From a phage, in assembly GCA_024672275.1 (NCBI GenBank), contig GCA_024672275.1_4536.1: DNA of 64,000 nucleotides, one strand, 5' to 3'. Below are positions 8,786 to 18,052 of this stretch, one piece after another. Positions within the stretch are counted from its first letter, which is position 1. The number at the start of each line of letters is the position of its first letter. The position numbers and the translations under genes were made by a program. Below the pieces are notes generated by a model, which had not been told where the DNA came from, searched no databases, and saw nothing but the letters and a program-made list of their open reading frames with translations.

Positions 8786-10272
8786 TGGACGAATATGGTT
8801 TGACAGATGCGGGATTTGTAATCCCGACTTTTGACGATGTTCTAAACAATTATATGACAGCAGTAAAAAACACATTTGGTGCAGATGCAGCCACTTCGGA
8901 AGATACTGTGATCGGACAACTGTTTAGAATAATTGCATACACAGATTACACATTGTGGGAAGGTATGCAAGGTGTTTATAATACTCAAACACTGGATGGT
9001 GCAGAAGGTATTTATCTTGATGAAATCTTTTCTAAACGCGGTTTCTATCGAGCAGGTGCAGCAGCAAGTACAGGTTATGCATATGTTAAGAGTAATAACA
9101 AAGCAGCTTGGACTTATGAGCTAGGCACGGATATTTACTTCAACTCTGACAGTGATATGAACTACTATGTTAGCACACCAACTATGTTGAATGCTAAGAT
9201 TGCAGCTTATCAAATCACTCGTGCTAATGCAACTGCTACAGGTGTTCCAAATATTACTTTTTATGCACAAAGTGCGGTGGATGGAGGACTAAACAGTAAA
9301 ACACTTGCACCTGGTTCTTCTACATTTATAACCGATCTTGAAACTTTTATCAAGGCAAACTTAACAGAGGCTGATCGTAGTCTTGTATTTTCTGATTCTG
9401 GTAACTTGTCAATTGGTTTTACTTCTTTAACCAGTGATACTCCAGTGGGACTAGTAACTCCTATCAAATTTTATGCTAGTGTTCCAGTTGGAACAAAATG
9501 GAGTGAAATTCCGGTAGTTGCAGCAGAGAAAGGATACAATCCGGTGGGTGTGGAGTCTATTACAGGAATATCTTCTACCTTTACAGGTTATCTTGATAGT
9601 GGTAACTTCTATTCGTTTTCTCCTGGTCGAGATGTTGAGACAGATGCAGAATTCCGCTCTCGTTTCAATGACAACGTTGACGAAGCTAACGCAGGGACAC
9701 GAGCAGCTATTGTGAAAGCTCTGCTACTTACAGATGGTGTTACTAAGGTGAAGATTTATGATAACCCTACATTACATGATCAAGAACATGCTCCAGCTAT
9801 GACTTTCCAGACTATAGTTTATGGTGGCAGTGCAGAAGAAATTGCAAATGTTATCTATAAAACCAAACCAATCAACACTTTGACACACGGAACAACTAAC
9901 ATAACAGTTACAACAGAAGATGGAGGACAAGAAATTATTCGCTTCTCTCCTGGTGCTTCTGCTATGTATTCTGTAAAACTTGTTTATCAAACTGTCAACG
10001 GAACAACTTTAAGTGGAACAGAAAAACAAAACATCGTAGAAGCTTTACAAAACCTGCAAGCTTACTTTGAGTTAGGTTCTTCAGTAACGAACGATCAAAT
10101 CAAAGGTGTTATTTATGCAGCACTTGCTTTTGGACGCTTGACTTCTCTTCGTGTTTATGTTAAACTTAATACTGAGGATGACAGTAAATATACAGAGAAT
10201 AATATAGTTCCTGCTTATAATGTTGTCCCTTCTTTTGACCTTGATAACATTTCTTACGAGTATGGAGTGTAA
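8785..10272 (+). CDS. baseplate J-like protein (495 aa)
   Basis: N-terminus MDEYGLTDAGFVIPTFDDVLNNYMTAVKNTFGADA resembles the baseplate J / gp47 family N-terminal pattern; position in tail module. Confidence 0.55.
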   Translation: MDEYGLTDAGFVIPTFDDVLNNYMTAVKNTFGADAATSEDTVIGQLFRIIAYTDYTLWEGMQGVYNTQTLDGAEGIYLDEIFSKRGFYRAGAAASTGYAYVKSNNKAAWTYELGTDIYFNSDSDMNYYVSTPTMLNAKIAAYQITRANATATGVPNITFYAQSAVDGGLNSKTLAPGSSTFITDLETFIKANLTEADRSLVFSDSGNLSIGFTSLTSDTPVGLVTPIKFYASVPVGTKWSEIPVVAAEKGYNPVGVESITGISSTFTGYLDSGNFYSFSPGRDVETDAEFRSRFNDNVDEANAGTRAAIVKALLLTDGVTKVKIYDNPTLHDQEHAPAMTFQTIVYGGSAEEIANVIYKTKPINTLTHGTTNITVTTEDGGQEIIRFSPGASAMYSVKLVYQTVNGTTLSGTEKQNIVEALQNLQAYFELGSSVTNDQIKGVIYAALAFGRLTSLRVYVKLNTEDDSKYTENNIVPAYNVVPSFDLDNISYEYGV

Positions 10273-10274
10273 AA

Positions 10275-10904
10275 ATGGCAGTGAGTGTTGACCATGTAAC
10301 AACTTGGGCCAGTATCAATGAAGATGTTAAAAACCTTCTGATTGAAGATTTTAAATCTTCTCCTAACATTGTCAAGCTCCTCTACATCGTATCCAGTGAA
10401 AAGCAAAAGATAGATCAGGCAATGATCTATCTTGCTAAACACCGCTTGATCTCTACAGCCACAGGCAAATACCTAGATATTCTAGGGGAAGAAATGGGGA
10501 TCGAACGTAATGGCTCTGATGATGAAGAGTATAGAACAATATTAAAAATCAGGGCTTACCGCGTAGCCTCATCGGGGACTCGTGGTGACATAATTGATAT
10601 CTTCGCCCGTTTCACAGGAACAGAGCGTGAAACGCTTAATACTTACGTAGGTTTGAATAAAACCTTTGATGTGTTTTTCTACAACCTGTGTCTTCAATCT
10701 GATCAAGCTTTAGAGCAGTTGCTAAGTGTTTTCCCTATTATTAGTAGCTACCGTCTTGGAGCAAAAGCAGGATCAGCTTTTGGTTTTAGTTCTTATTATG
10801 CTACCAAACCGCCTCATGGTATTGGTGGTTTAGGTTCCCTGTACATGGAATCTACTGGGGATGAAACAGGACGCATGTGTACGCTTCTCAAGCAAATAGA
10901 TTAA
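10275..10904 (+). CDS. hypothetical baseplate/tail protein (209 aa)
   Basis: ORF tightly coupled downstream of the baseplate J-like gene. Confidence 0.4.
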   Translation: MAVSVDHVTTWASINEDVKNLLIEDFKSSPNIVKLLYIVSSEKQKIDQAMIYLAKHRLISTATGKYLDILGEEMGIERNGSDDEEYRTILKIRAYRVASSGTRGDIIDIFARFTGTERETLNTYVGLNKTFDVFFYNLCLQSDQALEQLLSVFPIISSYRLGAKAGSAFGFSSYYATKPPHGIGGLGSLYMESTGDETGRMCTLLKQID

Positions 10905-10913
10905 GGAGTTTAA

Positions 10914-11975
10914 ATGGCGAAGCCAATATATTATCCTGACTGGGCTACACAAACTGTAACGCTCCCAGGAACTTTAAACACAAACAAAATTAGACCTAAA
11001 GAAACCATCCGCACAGTTGGTATGGATTATGGTCAAATCATGACTTGCGAAGAAATGAACTGGATTCTTAATAATATCGGTTTATGGATTCGCTATTTGG
11101 TGGATGACTTTCTTCCAACTTTACCTAATACCTACTTGCCTTTAGTGGGAACTAAGATTACAATGGCAGGTGATGCTACTGGTGAGGCTACTTGGAACGG
11201 TAACAAAGAAGTTACTTTATCTATCCAAGTTCAAGATAACAGTCATAATCACTTGTCGGCAAACATTACAGATGCTACTAGTTCAACAGTAACACCAAAC
11301 GTGCTGGTAAAACGTGATGCGGGTGGTGCTATTTATGGTGGTGATGTTTATGTTAACGGTACTTCCACAACAGATCCTGCAACACTGTTCTTCAAAAACT
11401 TTGCAGGACAAACAAATGGTGAGATTTCTGCCGAATATCAAAGCGGAGGTCAGCTTTACATCTATCGCAGAAATCCTAGTACAGGTGGTGTATCGGCAGG
11501 TATTCGTTTATATGATGCGGGTTATGTTCTAATTGATAATCCAAGATCTAACAGTGGACAAGACACTTCAAACGGAAATGCTTTAGTTCGCTTAGATTAT
11601 CTGAACTCTCGTTTGACTTCCCTTCAGAACACATTGCAGACGAATATTAACACTGTTCAAAACAACTTGAATAATGTTAACAACAACCTCTCTTCTCGTA
11701 TAAACAATGTAGAAAGTAATCATCAAAGTCAGATTACAAATAACTACAACTATGCTAACGGAACCTTTGTAAGAGATATTCGTTATACTAGCCAAGGTGT
11801 GTATTATCCACCAGGGAACGAGGTTTCTTGGACTTATATCTGTTCTTCTGGTTATGTTCTTTCTGGTATTATCGTACAGGAAACAGGACGTAGCTCTGCG
11901 GATAACATCGGTGGGGTTTACTTCAAACGCCTCCAGCGCAACGTTAACGGAAACTGGTACGATATTGGAGGCTAA
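10914..11975 (+). CDS. tail fibre protein (353 aa)
   Basis: SD AAGGAG; T/N/S/G-rich with fibre-like segments (VKRDAGGAIYGGDVYVNG; N/Q-rich coiled segment LQNTLQTNINTVQNNLNNVNNNL). Confidence 0.5.
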   Translation: MAKPIYYPDWATQTVTLPGTLNTNKIRPKETIRTVGMDYGQIMTCEEMNWILNNIGLWIRYLVDDFLPTLPNTYLPLVGTKITMAGDATGEATWNGNKEVTLSIQVQDNSHNHLSANITDATSSTVTPNVLVKRDAGGAIYGGDVYVNGTSTTDPATLFFKNFAGQTNGEISAEYQSGGQLYIYRRNPSTGGVSAGIRLYDAGYVLIDNPRSNSGQDTSNGNALVRLDYLNSRLTSLQNTLQTNINTVQNNLNNVNNNLSSRINNVESNHQSQITNNYNYANGTFVRDIRYTSQGVYYPPGNEVSWTYICSSGYVLSGIIVQETGRSSADNIGGVYFKRLQRNVNGNWYDIGG

Positions 11976-12521
11976 ATGATATTTACAAACTTTAAAAAAT
12001 ATATTCCTGAAGACCCTGAACTAAAAGAATTGGTAGAAGCAGAGAACATTCTTTTTCTTCGTTGCGACCAAGGTTACGATTGGTATGATTTACGTAGCAC
12101 AGAATTCAATAACGATAAAATGAAAGTCGTTTTTGATGATCAAAATCGTATTGTGTTTTGGAATACTGATCCTACACTACTTTGCCCTGAAGATCTTTCT
12201 ATAGCACAAGTAGACTTTAATATAGATACTTTTGAGGATATTAGGAACAAGGTTCTGGATTTAGAAACCTTAACTCTTAAGGATAAAGAGTATTCCCGTG
12301 AAGAGTTGATGACACAAGCTAGTGCAAAAATTCGCTCTTTACAAGAAACAGCGGTAGCACTTATAACACCTTTACAGTATGCTAAAGATTTAGAAATGGC
12401 TACTGAAGACGAATTAGCTTATCTTAAAAATCTTCAAGTTTATGTAGTTAAACTAAATCGTGTTCCGCTTCAAAAAGACTATCCTTACGCTATAGATTGG
12501 CCTACATTACCGACAGAATAA
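11976..12521 (+). CDS. hypothetical acidic protein, possibly fibre assembly/chaperone by position (181 aa)
   Basis: ORF directly after the tail fibre gene with TAAATG-type coupling; no motif recognised. Confidence 0.3.
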   Translation: MIFTNFKKYIPEDPELKELVEAENILFLRCDQGYDWYDLRSTEFNNDKMKVVFDDQNRIVFWNTDPTLLCPEDLSIAQVDFNIDTFEDIRNKVLDLETLTLKDKEYSREELMTQASAKIRSLQETAVALITPLQYAKDLEMATEDELAYLKNLQVYVVKLNRVPLQKDYPYAIDWPTLPTE

Positions 12522-12530
12522 GGGATCACT

Positions 12531-12866
12531 ATGGAATTTCAAGAAGCATGGGGACTTGCAAAGGATGCAATAATCCCTTTAATCGGAGTCATCTGGTTCT
12601 TTTTCAAACAAAAAATGGATAAATTCGGCTCTGATCTTGAGGAAATGGAGGAGAAAAGTCGAGAGCTAGAGAAGAAGTTGGTCTTTGTTGAATCAACTTA
12701 TGCAACTAAAGCCGAACTTACCCAGATGCTAAATCAAATTAACTCTACATTAATGGCAAATAATAACACCCTTGAGCAAAAAATTGAAAAGATTATGGAC
12801 CTCAAGAATGCGACTATCCAAATGATGCTAGATGACATAGTTAAACGTACACAGAATAAGGGGTAA
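12531..12866 (+). CDS. hypothetical protein with N-terminal hydrophobic segment and coiled coil (111 aa)
   Basis: ORF; IIPLIGVIWFFF hydrophobic stretch followed by a charged helical region. Confidence 0.35.
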   Translation: MEFQEAWGLAKDAIIPLIGVIWFFFKQKMDKFGSDLEEMEEKSRELEKKLVFVESTYATKAELTQMLNQINSTLMANNNTLEQKIEKIMDLKNATIQMMLDDIVKRTQNKG

Positions 12867-12869
12867 TTA

Positions 12870-15800
12870 ATGGCAACATTCCCAACATATCCAGCAACGT
12901 CTCTCGAACAGGGCGTAGACCTGGTTATTTTCTCATCTAACCAACTCCATGATGTTATTAATGGAAGTGCTACAGAGAGTATTGAAACAGAATCAGGGTT
13001 GATACCAACCCTGAGAAAAGCCCTTGTTGACAACTTTTTCTTTAAAAGCCCATTAGATTGGGCGCAAGGCACAAACGAAACAGTTTTTAACCAACTTCGT
13101 TATTTCCAGAATGGAGTATTGAGCGGTTATTACTATGCCCCTAACGCTACATTGGTTAACCCAATCCCTATGCAAGGGACTCCAGTAGGAGATAACAACT
13201 GGGTATTGTGGGGACTGAAGACAGAACAATTGGCAACAGAAGTCACCCCTTGGGTATATTCTGGTGCAACTGGTTATGAAACAGTAATCAGTCCTCCTTA
13301 CATCTTTGATAGTGCTATTGTTACGATTAATGGTGTTATTCAGGTTCTGGGGGAAGCTTTCCGTATAGAAGATAGTAAGATCATCTTATCTGAACCTTTG
13401 GGACACGATCCTGCAACAGGACTGCCAAACAAACTTTTTGCTTATATTGGCAAAATCGTAGCTTCAGCAGATACAGATCCTAATCTAGAGAACCGTCTTG
13501 TTAGTTTAGAAACAAAAACGGAAGAACTAACAGAAAGCATGGATAAAGTCCCTCTGCAAACTATTGCTCGTAAGTATGGTTTGTTAGATGATGAGGTGGC
13601 TTACGCAACAGCAGGTCAATCGTTAACAGGGATTAAAGCTCTGTATGATCCGGTAGCGCAGTCTTCCTACACATTACCTCCTAACATCACAGGCACTTTA
13701 ACATCCTTGTCTGTTTCTGGAGTAATGACTTATTCTGGAGGATCTGTAGACCTTTCTGCACTGGCTGTTGAGCGTGGACAGTTTGTTCATTTGCCTACAA
13801 GCTTTGGTAATAATGTAACTCTGACAGCTAAAAATCAGACGATTGGACGTGGCGCTGGTCGTTATCGTTGGGCTGGAAGTTTACCAAAAAGTATTTTGGC
13901 CTCCGATACATTGGAGACAAGCGGTGGATTAGGTCCAAATGCATGGGTTCTGACCAATACAGAAGGACTGTTAACCCCTCGTGGTGGAACATACAACGAT
14001 TTATTCGATGTTGTCTACTTGTCCGAATTTGCTAACAATACAACTACCTATACCACACCAGAAGCAGCTTTCCAGGCGGCACTGTTAGCAGCAAAAGCTT
14101 CGAAAAGCAAGATTCTCGATGCTTACGGTTGCGATATGACTTTCACGACAAGCTCTTTTGATATTCAAGATATCACTTTGCGTGGTGGTGTGTTCCGTGG
14201 TCAACGCGACTATCGTGTGCAGAATGCTACAGTAGAAGGCACAACTTTCCGTAACTCTCGTGTTATGTATTGGGGTGGTGCTGTGCGCATGTTCGATTGT
14301 TTGTGGGACGGTGCTCCTCGCCCAGGTCAAGTTGGTAGCTTGGTATTCCAAGGCAACCCAATATCAGGTACTTTTGAAATTGATAACTGTACTTTTAAAA
14401 ACGGGTTGTATGGCATCCTTCAACAAGGAACAGGGGAACCAGTAACACGTGGTGTCTTCCGTAACCTTACCTTCATGGACATGCAAGGTGATGCAATAGA
14501 ACTGAACGTCATCAATAAACATTATGATGATGGTTGTGTGATTGAGAATATTTACCTGTCTAATATCGATGGGACTAACGCTCCTATTCCTCTGTCCAAC
14601 TGGGGTATCGGTATCGGTGTAGCTGGTAAAGGACCATATGGTTACGGAATCCCTGATGATCAATATTGCAAGAATATTACAATTCGTAACGTTTTTGCAA
14701 AACGTTGTCGTCAGATTGTCCACGTAGAAGTTGGTCGTAATATCTCTATCGAAAACATTCATGGCGATCCAGACCAGACCGTATCTGTTGGGACAGGTTT
14801 GGCAACTGGCGCAGTTGTAATGTATGGAAGTAAAGATTTTACGATTGACGGTGTTTACGGAGAGCCTAAAACAGACGGTAGCACACTTGCAAGTAATATC
14901 CGTATGATTTATTTGGAGTGGGGAACTAACGCAGTTCTGGACGAAGAGGGTAATCCGGTAGTTCCGGCACAGGGTAGACCTTCAAACCCATGCTTTAACT
15001 ATTCTGTTCGTAACATTCACACCAAAACTGGGCGTGTTTTTGCGGGAGTTTCCGCTGGGCCAGGTTATGAAAACAGAGTTAGCTTTGAAAATATTCGTTG
15101 CGCTGCATTGCAGTTGTTCGGTATAGCTTCTTGGCTTTCAATGTCTAACATCACCTGTAATATCTTCGATTGTGTTGGTCAACCTGAATCTGGGCCAGGA
15201 ACATTTTATGATGGATTCTTCCGTAGAGAAAAATCTGTTCTTGAAATGGTTAACGTAAACTGTTACCCAGATGGCAAGACGATGGTTACTGGTCGTCCAC
15301 AGTGGAGCCGTTGCCGTTACTCGGATATTCATCGTGTCAACTGTAATGTTGAAGCTAATATGTATACCAATATCGCAGGTGGTATTGGAGCTATTGTAGG
15401 GACAACGGGCAAAGTTTATTACTTAGAGCCTAACCCTAGTCGAAACATTGATGGAATGCATTTCCCAACAGGGAAAGAGTTTGACAAAGGTGATATGATA
15501 GTCAAGGCGGATAATACGTTCTTCCTTGTAACAACAAGTGGGGCATATATTCCAGATATCCCAGCTTTCGGTATTCGAGCTACACAGGCAGGAGATACAT
15601 TCCTGACACAGAACTTGACTCCTAACGGGACAGCAACAAATGCTTCTTGGTTGTATCATTACCCTCTGTCAGCAGGGACACGTATCCGTATTCCTGGTGC
15701 TGGTGTAGGTGGAGCAGATTTGGACACAGTTATTACTCGTGCACCTTATCAAGATAATGATACGTGGACTAACCCAGTTAAAATAGACATTGCAGATCCA

Positions 15801-15923
15801 ATTGTAACGCCTACAAGTGCTGGAGTTAGAATTAAAACCATACCTAATGATTCCAGTAATGTTTCTGTAGGTAATACTGCGGTTATTCGCCCAACGCCAG
15901 TAGTAGATGTGCCAACAACCTAA
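12870..15923 (+). CDS. tailspike protein with parallel beta-helix (pectate-lyase-like) repeats; putative depolymerase (1017 aa)
   Basis: SD AAGGGG; repeated beta-helix-like coils (GNPISGTFEIDNCTFKNGLYGILQ, NLTFMDMQGDAIELNV, IENIYLSNIDGTNAPI, ITIRNVFAKRCRQIVHVEVGRNISIENIHGD). Confidence 0.6.
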   Translation: MATFPTYPATSLEQGVDLVIFSSNQLHDVINGSATESIETESGLIPTLRKALVDNFFFKSPLDWAQGTNETVFNQLRYFQNGVLSGYYYAPNATLVNPIPMQGTPVGDNNWVLWGLKTEQLATEVTPWVYSGATGYETVISPPYIFDSAIVTINGVIQVLGEAFRIEDSKIILSEPLGHDPATGLPNKLFAYIGKIVASADTDPNLENRLVSLETKTEELTESMDKVPLQTIARKYGLLDDEVAYATAGQSLTGIKALYDPVAQSSYTLPPNITGTLTSLSVSGVMTYSGGSVDLSALAVERGQFVHLPTSFGNNVTLTAKNQTIGRGAGRYRWAGSLPKSILASDTLETSGGLGPNAWVLTNTEGLLTPRGGTYNDLFDVVYLSEFANNTTTYTTPEAAFQAALLAAKASKSKILDAYGCDMTFTTSSFDIQDITLRGGVFRGQRDYRVQNATVEGTTFRNSRVMYWGGAVRMFDCLWDGAPRPGQVGSLVFQGNPISGTFEIDNCTFKNGLYGILQQGTGEPVTRGVFRNLTFMDMQGDAIELNVINKHYDDGCVIENIYLSNIDGTNAPIPLSNWGIGIGVAGKGPYGYGIPDDQYCKNITIRNVFAKRCRQIVHVEVGRNISIENIHGDPDQTVSVGTGLATGAVVMYGSKDFTIDGVYGEPKTDGSTLASNIRMIYLEWGTNAVLDEEGNPVVPAQGRPSNPCFNYSVRNIHTKTGRVFAGVSAGPGYENRVSFENIRCAALQLFGIASWLSMSNITCNIFDCVGQPESGPGTFYDGFFRREKSVLEMVNVNCYPDGKTMVTGRPQWSRCRYSDIHRVNCNVEANMYTNIAGGIGAIVGTTGKVYYLEPNPSRNIDGMHFPTGKEFDKGDMIVKADNTFFLVTTSGAYIPDIPAFGIRATQAGDTFLTQNLTPNGTATNASWLYHYPLSAGTRIRIPGAGVGGADLDTVITRAPYQDNDTWTNPVKIDIADPIVTPTSAGVRIKTIPNDSSNVSVGNTAVIRPTPVVDVPTT

Positions 15924-15929
15924 TGGAAT

Positions 15930-15956
15930 AGAGGGGGGATTCCCCCCTCTTCTTCC
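15930..15956 (+). terminator. GC-rich hairpin AGAGGGGGG-ATT-CCCCCCTCT downstream of the tailspike gene
   Basis: Perfect 9-bp palindrome followed by TCTTCC; approximate coordinates. Confidence 0.45.
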
Positions 15957-15986
15957 AATAGAATGGTCTAATGATAGGAGAGATAA

Positions 15987-18011
15987 ATGAATTTAACAAG
16001 ACCTAATAGTGCGATAGCCGATCTGGTAGAAGCTACTTATCGAAAACGTCGCAGCTTTGAGGCAGGTTTTACATTACGTAATCCCCGTGAAGTTTTGCTG
16101 TTAGCAGCAGAAGGGAATTATTACCAATGGAAAGGAACTTTTCCTAAAGTAGTTCCAGCAAACTCTACGCCAGCCACCACAGGTGGTATTTCTTCCCTTG
16201 CATGGCAAAATGTTGGGACCGCTGATGATATAGCAATTATCAATGCCAAGTTTACGGCAGTGCAGCAACAGATCGATGATCTGTCGGAAACAATACCTGA
16301 AGCTGGTAAATCAGCTTATCAGATCGCACTTGATAATGGTTTTGTTGGAACAGAAGCACAATGGCTTGCTTCTTTGAAAGGAGATACTGGTGCTCAACTT
16401 AATATTAAAGGATCATTAGCAAGCACTAGTGAGCTACCATCTACAGGTAACGTTGCAGGGGACGGTTATATCGTAGGCGATGTAATCTATGCTTGGGATG
16501 GTTCTGTTTGGAAACTTATTTCTTCTCTTGGGCCAGAAGGGAAATCAGCTTATGAGGTATGGTTGGCAGATGGTAATACAGGATCTGTTTATGATTTTCT
16601 TACCTCTATAAAAGGTGATAAAGGTGATATTGGTCCTACAGGGCCACAGGGAGCACCTGGTGTTAACGCCAACGGTTTTGATTATCGTGGGGATTTGCCT
16701 TCTACAAGTAACTTACCACAACCTAACTCTGAAAACGTAAGCCAAGCTTATTCTATCAATGGTAATCTTTATGTCTCTAATGGGACAGCTTGGGTCAACA
16801 TGGGTAATATTGTTGGTCCTCAAGGTCCACAAGGTGAGGCAGGTAAAGACGGTCTTGATGGAACAGATGGAGATGAAGGGAAATCTGCATATCAAAGTTG
16901 GCTGGATGCTGGTAATGAAGGGACAGAAGTAGATTTTATTGCCTCACTTAAAGGTCCAAAAGGAGACAAGGGTGATCAAGGAGAGCGAGGTCCACAAGGT
17001 GAACTAGGTCCACAAGGACCAGTGGGTGCAACAGGATCAGGCTTAGAGATTATCGGGGTTCTGAACAGTGAAGCTGAACTTCCTCCTACTGGAGAAGTAG
17101 GTGATGCATATAAAATTAATAATGATTTGTATGTTTGGATTCAAGATGCTACGGAATGGATGAATGTTGGCAGTCTTGGAGGAACATCAATTACAGCTAA
17201 AGGTCATGTTCCGAACAGTGAAGCTCTCCCTGTTTATAATAACTATGGTGATGCCTATTTAACTGAAGACACTAGTAATCTTTATATCTATACCTACGAT
17301 CAAGACACCAATTCCGCATCTTTTGTTGACATGGGAAGTATTAAAGGCGACAAAGGTGAAAAAGGGGATAAAGGCGATAAGGGTGATCCTGGAACAAACG
17401 GAACTAACGGTACTGATGGGACCAACGGTAAAGACGGCGCACAGTGGTTTGTAGCAACAACTAATCCAGTCGCAGGTGATGGTGTTATCAATGATTACGC
17501 TTTCAACACTACCACTGGAGCAGTGTTTAAGAAAACAGATTCTTCTACATGGACACTTATAGGAACTCTTCCTAGTATACCAGAAGCCCCTCAAGATGGC
17601 TTGACGTATGGTCGTTCTGATGGTAACTGGATTGAAATATCAGGATCAGATCCTACGGAAGCTATAACACCAACTAAAGTTACAGCAGGTTTCATGGAAC
17701 TTGAAACAACTACTGCCAACTCTGGAGCATCTTGGACCCCTTCTGGAACTTCCAATATGTATGTTGTTACAGTAACCGATGCTTTAACAGTTGGAGCATG
17801 GCCTGGTGTCACTGGCTCTACAAAGCCTAAAGCGTTTTCAGCAATGATTTATTTGATTCAAGATACAACGGGACACACGGTTACACTAGATGCGTCTTAT
17901 GGAGCACTGAATGATACAGAAATAGCAACTACTGCTAACGCAGTAACAATTTTGCAATTAACGTATCCTGGTGTGGGTGATATCGTGGACATGGTTGTTG
18001 TAACACGATAA
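15987..18011 (+). CDS. collagen-like repeat tail fibre protein (674 aa)
   Basis: SD AGGAGA; four G-X-Y tracts (KGDKGDIGPTGPQGAPG; GPQGPQGEAGKDGLDGTDGDEGK; KGPKGDKGDQGERGPQGELGPQGPVGATG; KGDKGEKGDKGDKGDPGTNGTNGTDGTNGKDG). Confidence 0.7.
   Translation: MNLTRPNSAIADLVEATYRKRRSFEAGFTLRNPREVLLLAAEGNYYQWKGTFPKVVPANSTPATTGGISSLAWQNVGTADDIAIINAKFTAVQQQIDDLSETIPEAGKSAYQIALDNGFVGTEAQWLASLKGDTGAQLNIKGSLASTSELPSTGNVAGDGYIVGDVIYAWDGSVWKLISSLGPEGKSAYEVWLADGNTGSVYDFLTSIKGDKGDIGPTGPQGAPGVNANGFDYRGDLPSTSNLPQPNSENVSQAYSINGNLYVSNGTAWVNMGNIVGPQGPQGEAGKDGLDGTDGDEGKSAYQSWLDAGNEGTEVDFIASLKGPKGDKGDQGERGPQGELGPQGPVGATGSGLEIIGVLNSEAELPPTGEVGDAYKINNDLYVWIQDATEWMNVGSLGGTSITAKGHVPNSEALPVYNNYGDAYLTEDTSNLYIYTYDQDTNSASFVDMGSIKGDKGEKGDKGDKGDPGTNGTNGTDGTNGKDGAQWFVATTNPVAGDGVINDYAFNTTTGAVFKKTDSSTWTLIGTLPSIPEAPQDGLTYGRSDGNWIEISGSDPTEAITPTKVTAGFMELETTTANSGASWTPSGTSNMYVVTVTDALTVGAWPGVTGSTKPKAFSAMIYLIQDTTGHTVTLDASYGALNDTEIATTANAVTILQLTYPGVGDIVDMVVVTR
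16611..17439 (+). repeat. interrupted collagen-like G-X-Y triplet repeat tracts within the fibre gene
   Basis: Positions from residue arithmetic (residues ~209-227, 277-299, 322-352, 453-484 of the 674-aa ORF). Confidence 0.6.
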
Positions 18012-18013
18012 CA

Positions 18014-18039
18014 GAAGCCCCGAAAGGGGCTTTCTTTTT
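18014..18039 (+). terminator. intrinsic terminator GAAGCCCC-GAAA-GGGGCTTT + T-tract
   Basis: GC stem with GAAA loop followed by CTTTTT, directly after the fibre gene stop. Confidence 0.6.
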
Positions 18040-18052
18040 ATGGAGGGTTTAA

